DNA of 64,000 nucleotides from Camelus dromedarius (GCF_036321535.1 NC_087436.1:30444001-30508000); one strand, 5' to 3'. Shown: positions 26,841 through 41,605, counted from the first letter of the stretch. Translations and numbers: made by a program. The notes: generated by a model not told the origin, from the sequence alone.

Positions 26841-29734
26841 GTGATGCAACTGCATAGGATTTTGGATAATCCAACATTAAGATAATGGTAGTCTGTCAAT
26901 CAAAGCAGTGATATATCTAAGGATGCAGAGGCCAGGAGGAAGCCATAAGTTGAAGTATCTGAAGTCTATATTGCCAAATACAGGAAATTATAATTAGCAA
27001 TTTCCATAATATTTTCTTTTGGGACTTTATTCTCTTCAAATGACCTAGATGGAAACATGAATATTGTAGTCCGACTGAAATAATGTTGTTTCCAAAAACC
27101 ACATCCCTCTAGAGCACTTAGAATAACTCTTTTGTCCAATTAATCTTCAAATTCATCAGGTTTCTCAGGTGAAAAACTTATGAACTTTAACCCACTGCAG
27201 AGAATTTTACAAACTAGGAGCTGAATGTGAGGATGTCTCTCTCTCTCTTTCTCTCCCTCTCTCTCTCTCTTTCTTTCTCCCCTCCACCACACAATTGGAA
27301 GTTTTACTATTCCAACAGGTATACAACAGAAGAAACTACACATTTTAACTGAGTTGACTAAGTTGTTAAAATTTATACAGATGGAAGCTTTTGATCATCA
27401 AAAAGTGTACTTCAGAAAGAAAATAAAGATATAAATGGATTTGATTTCTATCACATGAATGGAAACAAAGCAGTAACAGTTCAAGATCTTGAAAATGGAT
27501 AAGATTTAGCAGAAACATCAGAATTTAGTGCATATGATATTACTGATGTTTTAAATTGCACCTTTGTTATATTTCAATAAATTGTTTGCCCTTGAAGCTT
27601 AGAGTCAAAATTCAAGTGAAGAATTATACAGGAAACAAGATAGCATTAAAGCCACAATGAATTAAACAGTTCTCATTAGAACTGAAGATGTTCTTTAAAA
27701 ACTCACAATGACAAACTCTTAACAGTTTTCAAAACCTTAGAATACATTTTACTCAAGTTCAAAAATAAGCAAAAAGGAACTTGACACTTGTGAAGAATAT
27801 TAAAATAATATTGGGCCGTGTGTGATACGCACAAGGAAGACCATTACTCAGTTAATACTCTATCACTCATCTACTCTCCAAATCAAGTTAGACTGTTGCA
27901 GCTTCTTGTAATTTATTCTGATAAAATCTTTGATAGTTTCCTCAGTCAATTGTGATTCTACTGCCAGATACTGAAAGCTCCTTTCTTACAATTTAATCAT
28001 CATCAGAAGAGAGACAGCACACAGCACAGGTAATCACTGTTATTTTTTTCTTCAGAAACAAGTATCCTTATTACTCTTACTGAGAGTAAGATTTTCTACC
28101 CCTCTAGATTATTTGTGGGATTAGCAGGCAAAAATCAAAATACAGGAAGATCGGATGTTTCTGCAATTGACACAATGGCTCTATTTTTGGGTTGAAGGAA
28201 TTAAATTTATTCTATCAAAAAGAAAGCAGTTGCAAGAACATTAACTAAGTAAAAGTTAAATATATAAAATAAAGTGATCAAGGAACCAAAATTTAGTTGG
28301 AATCTGATAATAGGTTACTTTACTCCAGGCATTTTTTTGGTGAGAAATGGCCACAAAATTACAAGTGTAAATTCAGATACCTGGGATAAGTATCCCAGTA
28401 TTTGAGAAATTGTTGGAAACCAATCCCCCTACCATAGTGGTTTTGACAGGATGAACAAACCATACAGAAAACGTAAAAAAAAATGTATTTTTGAGATAAC
28501 ATCAAAGTCTGCCATAATTTTGACCAGTATACTCCAGGAAAATAGATAGAATGAATTTACCTCAGTAGAAATCAGAGTTCCAAGAACACTACAGCCTCAA
28601 GCTTGGTCATCTAGAAGTTATGTAAGCAGGGATGAACCAAAAATGCTCTACAGCCTTCAATCACACTACTAAGTCTAGAATGACTTTTTATGATTATGGC
28701 ATTCTTATCTTTCTTACTTTTCATGTAGAGTGGAGAGACATTCTATAATCTCTTAACTAAAAAAGGCTGTCCATCCCAATTTTCTGTAACTCAGCATTCT
28801 ATTTCATTTACAGATTTTCTTTGTTTGCTCTCTTAGTCTTACTCACTGCATGAAAATGCATATGATGTGGTATACGTAAGGCCATTTGGAGTCAGTAGAA
28901 AATATCAAACCAGTGGAAAGGAACTCTGTTTCCAAATAGCTACAAAACAAAGTCATTAGTTACTACTACACATTTTTGATCACCCCCAAATTAGACAGCC
29001 ACTCACCATTTTCTCCTTAAGATGCATTATCTATATGTGACATATTTTTGTGCAACTCCCCTTCTCTTTCAGTATTATTTTTATTCCATACATAATTTAC
29101 TTTCTCTATGATAATCCCTTCTTTCTTTAACTCTGATAATTATGTTCATTTTTTTAGATCACTGTACTTACTAATTACAGTTTATTAGAAGAATACTATG
29201 AAAACATCAATTAATATACTTTTTCTCTGCTCCCCCTTTTCTCTATTCCATTTAGGAGAGAAAACCTTAAAAGTGTTTGAAAAAAGAAATTTATGCTGTC
29301 ACTCTGTTTCAAAAGGCAGCTCGTTCTACTATCCACTCAAATCTACTGATCAAGATTGTTTTATCTCTATTTTGATTACATATGAATATTTTTCATGTAT
29401 AACTGCTTCATCACACAGAGCACACAATAATTATTTGGTGAGTTTTTTTTTTCCTACCTGAATTTAGTTCTCACACTAATTTTTCTTTTTGAGAAAAGTA
29501 TATATAGTAGGCATTATGTTCAATTTTAAGATGCTGGCACTGATTACTATCTTCTTTATATGTAAATTGTATATCCATAATATATTAGAGATGGTTCTCA
29601 TTTCTTCCCAACACTAAATTTTTTTCCAGATTCTTTCTTTAATTAATTTGTTCCTACCAGCCTGAGAATCTGCAATGATTTCATACATACATGAATCTAT
29701 GTGAGTTATAGTCTCTATTTTTTATACCAAATGT

Positions 29735-29736
<2 letters not shown>

Positions 29737-29783
<47 letters not shown>
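29737..29783 (+). repeat. (AC)23 microsatellite
   Basis: Direct reading. Confidence 0.95.
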
Positions 29784-29786
<3 letters not shown>

Positions 29787-31384
29787 GCTTACAGAACAAT
29801 CTCAAGAAGAATGATTGATGTATAAACAGGGTTAAATGCAGATTAAAAATAGAACATCTAATAAGCATTCAAATTAACACCATAAACATTTATTCAAACC
29901 CCAAAACAGCCAAAATTATTACATGGACTATATCTATCTCATTCATTAAATTTTGATAGTATATAAGAAATATAAACTTTTATAGAAGCAGTTTTCATAA
30001 ATCCCTCTTTCAGCCAATTCAGGTAAAATACAGTTGTCATCCGTCTAGAAGAAACTTATTTCTCTTATATTACTCTTGGTACATAACTAAGTATTTGTCT
30101 CTGGAAGAAACTATATCTGAATTTAATTCATGTACATTTATTATTCTGATCAAAATTCTTTATATGAGATTAGCAAGTGTTTCTTAACAAGAAGACTAAG
30201 AAAGCTGTCCAGGTTTTCTAATCTATTGTAGTGAAAGTCTGAAAGTGATGGTGATACAACCTATTTCACTCTTCCCTGCTCTATCCCTATCCTGCAAAAG
30301 TGACAGATACTTTGTTTCAACTGCAAGGTGCTTTCCAAAGACCACAAGCAAAAACCAGCCTTCAACTTGAGAATGACATTGCAGCATCATTTTATCTCAT
30401 TTAACAAAGTTCTCTTTGGCAGAGTTTCATGACAATCACAACTTTGTTTTTTGTATCTTTAGATTTGAAAGTCTGTTGAGTGACAGTGTAGAGAGATAGT
30501 AGGCAGCCAATAAAGATAAATTTTACCTGTCATACTGCTTTATAAGCTGTTTAGGTAAAGAAATTTGAATGATTTAAGCAAGGTAACAAAAATAAAATTT
30601 TAACTCAGAGAGTACCTCTCTGTGAATATACTGTGGAAAGTGACAGAGTAAGTAGAATTACATTAGTAAGTCTAATGTATTGCATGAAGTAGAATCTAAA
30701 AAAAAATCTTTGAAATTAAAGAAAGAAAATTATAAATGGATGTATATATGTACATATATAGGTATAGAGACAGAGGTATAATCTGGGTGATTTTTACTGA
30801 AAAACATGCCAGAATATGAGAAAGCAGTATATGAAAATGCGGAATTACCCAGAAATTCACTGGGCTTGTATGGCCTGCAATCATGACCATTTTCCAAGGG
30901 AACGTAATGAATTTAGATCCCATTCATACTGGTGTCATTAAACAAAAGGTTTAATATCATAGGTGAGTGTGGTAGAACTTCTCAGGGATAGTCTCAGTAA
31001 GTTAGTCATTTAATAGGAAAAAAAATCACAATTTTAGAGTATTCTGCCAGAATCAAATGAGACCACAGCCAATGGCTTTGGGATAAGTACACAGCATAGT
31101 CCTTTGGAAAGGGAGTAGTTAAGCAAACAGGTTGCAATTCTTGGCGTGGCTACTAGTAGAAAGCTAAAATGCAATTTTGGACGTAGGTAATAAAAACAGA
31201 CACATACAGATTCATTATTTAATATACTTATTATTCTGGCCATTTTTTTAAAGATATAATATCCAAAGTCACATAGGCTGCAGAGAATATTTTAATAATC
31301 TGTGAGAATATGAAATATCACAACTTTAGGGAGAATTATTTCACCAATCTATTTAATGCTTTTAAGTATATATAGATATATTGA

Positions 31385-33410
31385 TATATTTTTAAGTAGT
31401 TTCAGATTTATAGAAATATTGCAAAAATTGTACAGAGCATTCCCATATACCTAACACTGTTTCCCTTATGGTTAACAACCTACATAAGTATGATACATTT
31501 ATCAGAAAAAATGAATCATTATTAATCCATAACTGATCCAGAATTATTAACTTAAAATCTATACTTAATCGAGATTGCCTTAGTTTTTACCTAATTTCCC
31601 TTGTCTGTCCCACATTTCCTACCAGGATACCACATTACAGTTGGTCATCGTGTCTCCCTAGACTCTTCTAGATTGTAACAGTTTCTGAGACACGACACTT
31701 TTGATGATCTTGATAATTTTCAGGAATACTAGTCAGGCATTTTGCAGAATTTCCCTCAACTGGATTTTGTCTGATATTTCTTTCTCATGATTAATCTGGA
31801 GTTATGTGCTTTGGAGAGGAATGCCACACAGGTAAAGTGCCATTCACATCACATCATCACAAAAATACATACTATTAACTGCTGATGTTATTACTACTGA
31901 TGTTAATCATGATCACCTGGCAAAGGCAGGGTTTGTCAGGTTTCTCCCCCTGTACAGTTAATCTTTTTATCCTTTTCCACACTGTACTCTTTTAAAGAAG
32001 CAATCATGTAAGTTCACATTAAGGAATTAGGAGTTATGCAATCTTTTTGAGGAGGAACGTTTATATAAAATATTGGCAATTCTTCTGCATGGGGATTCTG
32101 TCTATTCCCCCACCTCCATTTATACATACAATCATTTATGAATAATAGTGTGAATATTTATTTATACAGTAAGTTATAACTTAATGCTATTTTATTATCT
32201 TATTGCTCAAATTATCCTATCTTTGGTCTTCGGATGCTCTTTCAGTTGGCCTCTGTGTTGTTCTGACTCACTGTGTGTGTGTTTGTGTGTATGCGTACAT
32301 CACTTCCTTACTTTAGAGCACAATAGGATGCCTCAGACTCACCTTGTATATGTTCTTCTCTGACTTAAAAATAAAAAATTTTAGGAGATTTGGTTCATTT
32401 GTTGTAGAATGGTATTAGAATTGGTATTAGAAACTAGTAACTGGGTGCTGATGGTTACCACTGGGATGTTATCATTGTAGGCTTCTTAGCAATCGAAGCA
32501 AGGAGACAGATGGGTATATTACCAACTGGTATATATACACATATCTATAAATATTTCTATATGTATTCATCTGCAACTTTATTAAGCACTTCCTCCTATC
32601 TCCAACTTTATTCTAATTCCATGTAGATCATTCTCTTTCCTCTTGCTTTTCTAGAACCTCCTCCCACTCCTACAGTGAGAAACATAGTCCCCACCATCCA
32701 CTGACTTAATTGTTAAAATGGGAGTCAGAATTGTTCAGATGTACCCTATGGAAAACAATGTTACAACTAGAGTACAACGATTAAGTACAGATTATTTTGC
32801 TTTTAGCCCTACAGTTTCCCCTCATTTCCAAACTTAGGTTAGCACCAGTTCCTCCATTTCTTTCAGTGAGTTATTTCCTACATTTGTGATATAGATTGTT
32901 TAATCAAAGTTTGCATTCTTATTGTTGAATATGAAGAGCTCTTTGTAAATTCTGGATATATGTTTTTTATCCAATATGTGATTCACAATAAGTTTCTCCC
33001 AGGGAATGACATGCCTTTTCATTCTCTTAATAGTATCTCTTTCAGAGAAAAAGTTTTCAATTTTAGTAAATTTAACTCTAACAGATAATTTAAATTTAAA
33101 TAATTTAATTTTAATAGAATCCAACTTATTTTTTAATTCATGAAATATGCTTTTGGCATTGTACCTGAAAACTCACCACCAAATCCAAAATTTCTCATGT
33201 ATTTTCTTCTAGAAATGTTAGAATTCTTCATTTACTGACATAGGGAATTGACTACTTTATTATTATATATGCCCTTCTTTATCCTTCATAATTTTCATTG
33301 TTCTGACATATGTCTTTTCTTAAATTGATATAGCTAATCTAGCTTTCTTTTTATTAGTTTTATATGGTACACATTTTGTCATCTCTTTTATTTTTAATCT
33401 AACTGTTTAT
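31385..33410 (-). mobile_element. Old L1M (L1MC/MD-type) 3' UTR and ORF2 fragments
   Basis: gtacagagcattcccatatacc...caggataccacattaca...ggtaaagtgccatt is an old L1M 3' UTR. Minus ORF 32900-33124 (DTIKRMKRH..WEK..NHILDK...SRIYKEL) is degenerate ORF2. Confidence 0.75.
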
Positions 33411-33991
33411 TCAAAAGTTATTTATCAATTGCCTAATCAAGGCCAGGTGCTCAATTTTATATATTTATTATCTCTATGTGTTCATCAATAAATTCATTTC
33501 CCTATAAGCATTCAGGAAGCACACACTTCACAGGTCCTTTGCAACCAGATGGTTTCATGGAACTTGTTCTCATACATGAAACATGGGTAAAAGTAATGAG
33601 CAAAACTTCCAGGCCAATTCTTAAAATGTCACACATTATTCCCTAAGATTGCTGGGTGGGTAGAAAAGAGGATCTGGCAGATGACTTCAAATTCCTATGA
33701 AATGGGATAGCGATCTAGTCTAAATATAATAAAATATCTAAATATAGAAATTTAATTTTGCAGTGACATTCATATATAATACTTTTCATATTGTCATTAT
33801 ATGACATAGGAAAGCTTCATTAAGATGGTATTTATCTAAAATCTATGCCTAAAGTTAAGGTCATTGTGGTTATTGTGAGCTCCTTTCCACCATGACTTTA
33901 GCCAAGGCATGCACCTTCTCAGATCATTTGTCCTTATATGTTAAATGTTGAAATTAGACCACACAATCTTAAAGTTCCTTTAAAATTATCA

Positions 33992-34051
33992 GAAACTATA
34001 TTGAAACTATATTGAAACTATATTGAAACTATATTGAAATTATAGTTTCAA
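33992..34051. repeat. 11-bp tandem repeat (GAAACTATATT)4 followed by an inverted copy
   Basis: Four perfect units at 33992-34035; tatagtttcaa (34041-34051) is the reverse complement of ttgaaactata. Confidence 0.9.
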
Positions 34052-34190
34052 ATCTCTTTTCTTAATAATTTGTTCCCACTCTTCCCCTAAACCTGCTATT
34101 CACAGTATGCCAAGTTACTACGCCTGAGAACTCTGCTTGTTTTCTGTATTTCCCAGCTAAGCTAATAGCGAAGCAATTATAATATAACAG

Positions 34191-34580
34191 ATCTCTCTAT
34201 GTCTGTGAGTCTGTTTCTGTTTTGTAGGTAAGTTCATTTGTGTCCTTTTTTAAGATCCCACAGCTAAGTGATATCATATGGTATTTTTCTTTCTCTTTCT
34301 GACTTACACAGACATAGAGAATACAGCAACATACACAGACATAGAGACTCACAGACACAGAGAACTTATGGTTACCAGGGGGTTAAGGGGTAGAGGGAGG
34401 GATAAATTGGGAATTTGATATTTGCACCCCTTGGGGACTGATGGAAATGTTAGCTATCTTGATTGTGGTGGTGGTTTCATTGGCATATACATCTGTTAAA
34501 ATTCATCAAATTGTACATTTGAAATATGTGTAGCTTACTGTACAGGAATCATGCCACAATAAAGGTGTTTAAATATATAT
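34191..34580 (+). mobile_element. Short 5'-inverted L1 with chimeric 3' end
   Basis: Antisense young L1 3' UTR (34191-34307), reiterated junction, sense 3' UTR (~34346-34426), then an old L1M-type terminus with AATAAA at 34558-34563. Weak TSD atataacag / atttaacag. Confidence 0.7.
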
Positions 34581-36594
34581 ATATATTTAACAGTTATATA
34601 GTTCTCTTTAGCAGACATTTTAAACATTTTTATTTCAGTGGTTTACAAGGCAAGCTTTCCTTGGGGTAGAAAAGGGAAATCTGTCAACTATATTGGCTGA
34701 CTATTTCTACTCAATATAGCAACTCTGTTTTACAGTAGATTTAATTTTTAAGGTCATTTTAGCAATAAATAATTGGTAAGGAAAGGAAAGGAAGGGAAAA
34801 TATAAAGGGAAGGGAAAATACAAAGAGAAGGAAAACTGAAAAAGTCCAAAAAAAAAAAAAAAAAAGAGAAGACAAAAGGAAATAAGTGAAGAAAATGTGT
34901 ATTATACCTTGCCTTGCTGTTTCCATATTTTATGGCCCTATCATAACTTTTAAACTCTAGATCTTCCTGGACACAAAGGACAATGTGGTAAAAAAGACCA
35001 AGATACCTTCAAATTGAAATTGTTTTCATCAAATAGTGACAAGTTATTTAAGCTTCAGAATTTCATTTTTCTATTTTGTTAAGATAAATTTCCCAAAGGA
35101 TTGTTATAAGATAAAAAAAAATAGTGAACCCAAATGGGTGTGCTATGTATGCAATAAATGTGCAGCATCTTTAAGACAGTGAAAAGAATGCTGGGCCTAC
35201 TTATAAAGTCTGGCTTATATGCATGGCTCTCACCCAGAACTATAATGTAATTTTGAATAATTTATTTAACTTTCTTAATCCAGTAGATTATTTATCAAAT
35301 CTGAATACTACTACCAAATCTGTGTCACCTTGATATTTTGAGGTCTTAACAAATGATCCTCAAAATTATGCATGTGACTATACTTTATTCACTGTAATGT
35401 GCTATATACATGCAAAATATTATAATAAAGCCATCATCTCAACTATGTGTATGAACCTCTTGTGCCCTAATATCATTTTGGCCATGAGCCTACTTTACTT
35501 TTCAACATAAGTTATAGCTCACAAACAACAGTTTAATCATGGATTTTTTAGTTATTTGAAATCTTAATTTTATAAAAAATGAATTATTTCTACATGCTAA
35601 CATTCCTTACCAAATATGTACTTACTTAATTTTATTTCCTATTTCAATTTATTAGTAATTGCCAAAATCAGTATCAAGACTGAGAAATGTGGGCACTAAA
35701 CTGGACATGATATTTTAGTGTTCTTCAGTGTTTCTTCAGTCTTTTCACCTAAGCTAATCCTTTTTGTTAATCTTTTAGAATTTCATACTCTATCTTATTT
35801 CATAATTAAGCTTAAAATCTCCTATTTTCTGTTAAATTGGTACAATAATTTGTTTTTGTGGTGATTCTTTAAAACAATGTCAGTAGAAGGTTTAGCACAG
35901 TAACTTCATAGCACATTACAAGGGGGAATGGATACATGAGACACTTGGACAAATAAATTAACTTCTGATATATAATAAAAAACCCTGCTCTTGAAGACTC
36001 TGATTCTAATTTTCTAGTTTTTTAATATTTAATACAGAAATATGTCTGCTATTTCTCACTCTAGTAGAAATACGGTAACAAGATTGTTTTATATATACTT
36101 TTCTACACTAGGATATAAAGGGACAGTTCAAAATTTTGATAACCATGCAGAACAATAATCTTTGGATGGCTAAAAAGTGATCATCCTTTCAATAGAAACT
36201 ACAAAATATATGCTTATAAAAAACATTTCCTAGGAATTAATACTACATTTACTTCACAGGGATATTTTCATTTTTTAAATCTTCAATACTATATACCAAG
36301 AAGCATATAAAGCACGTATTTTTACAATGAAACCTAAGTGCCAATATAAAACATAAACTGTGAAAGCTTATTCATGATCATATATTTAATTTGTTAAGAA
36401 AATGAATCAAAATACTCTCCCAGTCAATGAACATCATATAGTTAGTTAACTTTAGCCAAACCTGTATTTAACACAAGAAGGCCATCAGCAGCCTTGATCA
36501 AAACATAGAAAGCCACTTGCGAAGTGAAGTGATTTTTGTATTGCTTTTTCAAGATGCTGTAATTACACCGGCTTGGTAGTACATACACAGGTTC

Positions 36595-37069
36595 TGTGGG
36601 AAGTAACAGTATTTATTCCAAGCCCCTCCTCCATTCCCTGTCCTTGCTATGCCTTCTATGTGGATGGAATATACATCCTTGCCTCATAGACCATTGGGTT
36701 TCTACATGAAAGTTGTTTATCTGATCAAATGTGGACCAAATGACAGAGCACTATTTCTAAGCATGTCTTAAAAGACATGTAAGTTCTGCCAGCCCTCTTT
36801 TCCTTCCACTGTCCATCATAAGAAGCCAACGCCGTAAGAAGGCATTGATCCCTCAGCACGGGCCACAGAATAAGAGCTGTGTAGAAAAGTCCCGAACAGA
36901 ACCCGTGGGCTGCAGTCTGGAGACAATCCAAACTGACCCTACAGGTACCTTGAAGCCATATATGACTCAGACTAGTGAGCAAGAAAACAAAAAGCCATGT
37001 GCTAAAAGCCCCACATATGCAGGTTGCTAGTTATGCAGAATTATCACCGCAAAAAAAAATGTTTATACA
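36595..37069 (+). mobile_element. MaLR solo LTR (MLT1H/I-like)
   Basis: TG start, gtgagcaagaaaacaaaaag...gttatgcagaattatc..., ending ataca. Confidence 0.6.
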
Positions 37070-37168
37070 AGTATTATTTTATAAAGTGATATTTCTAAGA
37101 AAGTCTGGCTGAATACTTTAGTGGTTCTCACAGGTAATAATGCATTAACAGAATCATAGTTGAGTAGG

Positions 37169-37217
37169 CCAGTGGCTCACAACTATGACAAACATTAAGG
37201 TTAACTAGAGTGCTTTA

Positions 37218-37268
<51 letters not shown>

Positions 37269-37400
37269 ACTATGCTTAAGATCCATACCCAGAAATTCTA
37301 AGTTGATTGTTCTGAGTGAGGTTTAGATATAACTGTTGTTATTGCTCATTATTCCTAAGAGGTCTCTATTATAAAACAAGCAGGATTGGGAACTGTTGGT
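37169..37400. mobile_element. MER5-like hAT DNA transposon containing (CAA)16
   Basis: cagtggctcacaac start, cccagaaattcta...ttgttctgagtgagg core and gattgggaactgttg end; (CAA)16 at 37221-37268. Confidence 0.55.
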
Positions 37401-37989
37401 CTATGGTGAGATCTACAGGAATATAAGTTCATTTTTATCAATATATCCTGAATTTTTTAGATTTTTTTTTACCAGCCAAACTCACAACAAACATATATAT
37501 TGACCAAAATATCAATTTATTAAGTATCACTTAAAGTATATACGCCAATTAGATATGCTTTACTTCCTTTGTGAGAATCATAGCCAGTTACTTTAATTCT
37601 TCTCTCACTAGCACATTTGTCACCTAGATGATTGTCCCAACTTCAAGAAAGTGCCAATTCTCTGATCTATCCATTTATGTAAATTAACAATAATCTCCTA
37701 ATTAAATGTATTCCTAGTGCAAAATTATCTTGAGTGCCTGATTTTAGTTTTCTTGTGAATAATTCTGAAAGTCTGGGTAAAATTTACTTTAACTACTTTC
37801 CAAACTTTGTTGGGAAAAAAGGCACTGTACTATTTTTATAATTAGCATTACATTTTATCCTCTACAAAACATAATTTAAAACTTTAAATATGCCTTCTGT
37901 TTCAATTTCCTTTACACCCCAAAAGGCTATAATTTAATACAGCACCAACCACACATTATTTCTTAGGATGGTTCTAAGAGTCAACAAGG

Positions 37990-38406
37990 GAGTTGTCTTG
38001 CTCTATAAGGTGCTAGCTGGGGCTGCAGGCATTTGGAGGCTCAACAAACTGTAACATTTAACATGGCTCCCCTACAAAACTGGCAGTTGCTGTTGACTGT
38101 CAGTGGGGAGCTCAAATGGGTCTTTCCAAAGGAGTGTCTCGGTGTTCCTTGACCTCAACCTCTACTCTTAAATGAGGATTTCCCCAAGCAAGGCAGCTGG
38201 TTTCAAAGATGGTTTATACCTAACAGCAGAGGGGGATGCTACCAATATTTTATGGTCCAATATCAGAAGTTACACATCACACTTCTCTTGCTTTCTCTTG
38301 GGCAAAACAAATTAAAGGGCCTATTGAAATTCAAAGGGCAAGAAATAGGCTTTGTCTAACCATGGTGAGGAGTGACAGAGAATGTAAGAATATTTAATCC
38401 ACTACA
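37990..38406 (-). mobile_element. MaLR LTR (MLT1H-like)
   Basis: Ends tttaatccactaca, the reverse complement of a TGTAGTGGATTAAA LTR start; ctggcagttg...ggggagctca and cagaagttacacatcacacttct are antisense MLT1. Confidence 0.6.
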
Positions 38407-38559
38407 CTTGCTTCTTATATTATTTTACAATTTTACTAAAATGTAAGCTCTAATAACTTTGGAGCACAATAACTTTGTCTTATTTAATGTTGTCCTAGAA
38501 TAGTAACACTACATAAAATACACTTAACGGATATTTGTTGAATTGATTTTTTTTAATAT

Positions 38560-39027
38560 ATAAAACTACTCAGCCATAAAAAAAAGAGTAAAATAATGCC
38601 ATTTGCAGCAACATGGATGGACCTGGAGATAGACATACTAAGTAAGCCAGAAAGAGAAAGAAAAATACCACATGATTATCACTTAAATGTGGAATCTAAA
38701 AAAAAAAAAAAAAAGACACAAATGAACTTATTTACAAAACAGAAACAGACTCACAGACACAGAAAACAAACTTCTGGTTACTAGGGAGGAAAGGTGGTGG
38801 GAAAGGATATATTGGGAGTTTGGGATTTGCAGATTTGTAACTCCTATATATAAACTAGATAACAGGGTTCTACTGTATAGCACACAGAACTATATTCAAT
38901 ACCTTATAATAGTCTATAATGAAAAAGAATATGAAAAGGGATATATATATGTATAACTGAGTCACTATTTGTACACCAGAAATTAACACAACATTGTAAA
39001 CTGACAACACTTCAATTTTTAAAAAAG
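38560..39027 (+). mobile_element. L1 3' end (~470 bp)
   Basis: ORF 38596-38784 begins MPFAATWMDLE, followed by the lineage L1 3' UTR. Confidence 0.9.
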
Positions 39028-41224
39028 TAATCTAATGCATTGGTATTGAAATTGTTTAATTTTTAGAGTTACGATGATTCACTCTTATATCTAAAAACTG
39101 CATTTTATAACTTATGTAATATAATATCCAGACACTAAAATCTATATATACAGGGTTTAAGATACTTCAGACAGCCACAAACAACACTGTAGTTTTGTCT
39201 TTGCACTGTCAGTTAAAATAGGTGTGTTAAGCAAGTTAACTGAGCAAACAAGATGAAGGACACTAGTTAATTTAATCAGAAATAAAACTGTCCACTACAA
39301 AGACAATAAAAAGTTTTAGAGCTTTTAAAAATGTTAATATACAAGTGTAAAGTACAACTAACTGTATTTTGGCTTAAACAACTATGTATAAATTTATAAA
39401 AGAGTTTTAAAAACTTGTGTTTTCAAAGATTCAAAATAAAATAAAAGTGATTACTATTATATTTATAAATTATTTTATACTTTTCATTAAAATTTGAATA
39501 TCAGGAGTAAAGAAATAGTTCTTTGGTTTGTGCAGTTCTGAAAGTCATCTTCCATAATTGTGAATGCCTAACTTTTGATCTATGTGTTGATAAATAGCCC
39601 AGGGTTTAAATAAGCATTTGCTACTCATCATCTTAAGAAATAGAACCATTGATTTATAAATGTATTCATAAAGCAGAGATGCAAAAGTCATAGGTAAGTA
39701 ATTTAAAAGGTATTTGCTCTCTCTTTATTGAATACCATATGCCATACATACACAATTCTCATGATTGCATATTTCAGTTTTCATGAGAATATAAACAAAG
39801 GGGGATAATGAAATATAATTGATCATTAAATGTATCATTACTACTGTTTACAATAAACTATGCTGTGTAAAAAGAGGGCCATTTCCTTCAAGAAATAAAT
39901 GTATACAATTCCTTTACAAAAACAAATACGAATTTTCAACTTTTAATGTTTCATGTTTACAAATATGCAAACATCACTCCATGACCTCTAACATGTTGCT
40001 TCTAAAATGGCAAAGAATAGCAATTGGTAATTTTTTTTTTACAGGAAAATACTATCATTTATTTTATTTTTTGTTTAACTTGGTGTACCATAATTTACAT
40101 ATATATGTGTATATATAATGTATAGAAGTATATATATGCAAATATATATGTATACACATATATACATACATGTTTACATATGTACATATGTACTTGTTTG
40201 TACTTACATTTATATTTACATACACACTTAATGAGTGAGAAAAGATTCATCACTCTAATTACCTACACAAAAATCACTTGTATAAATAATAAAACCTGTT
40301 CAATTAAAAACAATTCCTAACGTATACACAATTAAATTAATGAAATTGTTCAACATTTGACTAAGAGAGACAATATTAGCATTAGACAATGAAAAGAATT
40401 GAATTAGGACTCAGAAAACTTAAATTTCCTTATGTATAAAATAGAAATATCCATTTGCATCTCTCCTACTTATTAAGGGTTATATTAATAGGAGTTATTG
40501 AATAGGGAAAACCCAATTATAAATGTGAGATAAAGAAACTTTTAAATTTTAAAGTTGTCATTAGACAACTAAAAATTGAGACACCGACAAATGACTCCTA
40601 AATTAGAATACATCTTTGGAAAGATGTTTTGATTTGCACACAAGGCTATTCACTAAAGTCTTTTTCCATATGGAGCAAGGTCCAAGCAAGGATTCACCGG
40701 CAACAATAAATATAAGTAGCATAAAAACTGAGATGTAAAGAAGTGTACTTTATTTTTAATTAAAATTTTTACTTATTAGGCTTATTTTAGTACATTTGAA
40801 GAGCCATGTACTTTCACTCTTCATTTTTATACTTGTATTTCCACCTACATGTTACTCTTTCGTTTGTTTCCTTCTGGAGATTTTGCTTTACTATCTGACA
40901 TCATACAAATATACTGTTGTTATTGTCTAATACTTACACCAATATTTAAATTAGACTTATTTTTCATTTGGGACTATTTTTCATTTGGTAAACTTTTCAT
41001 TTGGTAAAATTCATTTGCAGTTAAGACTATCTGCAAAACTCAGAACATGTATTCATATGTGAAGACATACTAACATCTAGATCTTAATCTCTGCTAGAGT
41101 TCCTCTTAAAGGTACAATGAAACAGGGAATTTCAGCAATTATCTAGATAAGTCCGGTACCAATTTGAGCTCCTCTGAGTTAACCCTCCAAGTAAAAATGC
41201 TCTGTAATTCATTCCATTTACTTA

Positions 41225-41605
41225 TTTATTTTTTAATTGAAGTATAGTCAGTTTACAATGTGTCAATTTCTGGTGTACAGCATCATGTTTCAGGCATCCA
41301 TATACATACATATATTTGTTTTCATATTCTTTTTCATTATAGGTTACTACAAGATATTGAATATAGTTCCTTGTGTGATACAGAAGAAACTTGTTTACAT
41401 ATTTTATATATTGTAGTTAATATTTGCAAATCTCGAACTCCCAATTTATCCCATCCCACCCTCTTTCCCCTCAGTAATCATAAGCTTGTTTTCTAGTGTG
41501 TGTGAGTTTGTTTCTATTTTTGGTATCATATAGTATTTTTCTTTCTCTTTCTAGCTAACTTCTTTTAGAATGATGATCTCCAGGTTCATTCATGTTGCTG
41601 CAAAT
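41225..41605 (-). mobile_element. L1 3' end (~380 bp)
   Basis: T-rich tail, aattgaagtatagtcagtttacaatgtg terminus, through catgttgctgcaaat. Confidence 0.9.

Noticed and set aside
27379..27870. A-rich stretch with an acceptor-like tttatacag|ATG and vague Tigger-transposase feel
   Set aside because: The frame stops after 40 codons, and no terminal inverted repeats or diagnostic motif could be confirmed.
40954..41017. Imperfect ~16-bp repeats of ttcatttgg, considered as a spacer-repeat array
   Set aside because: Simple degenerate tandem duplication in mammalian DNA; no unique spacers or associated genes, so not CRISPR-like.
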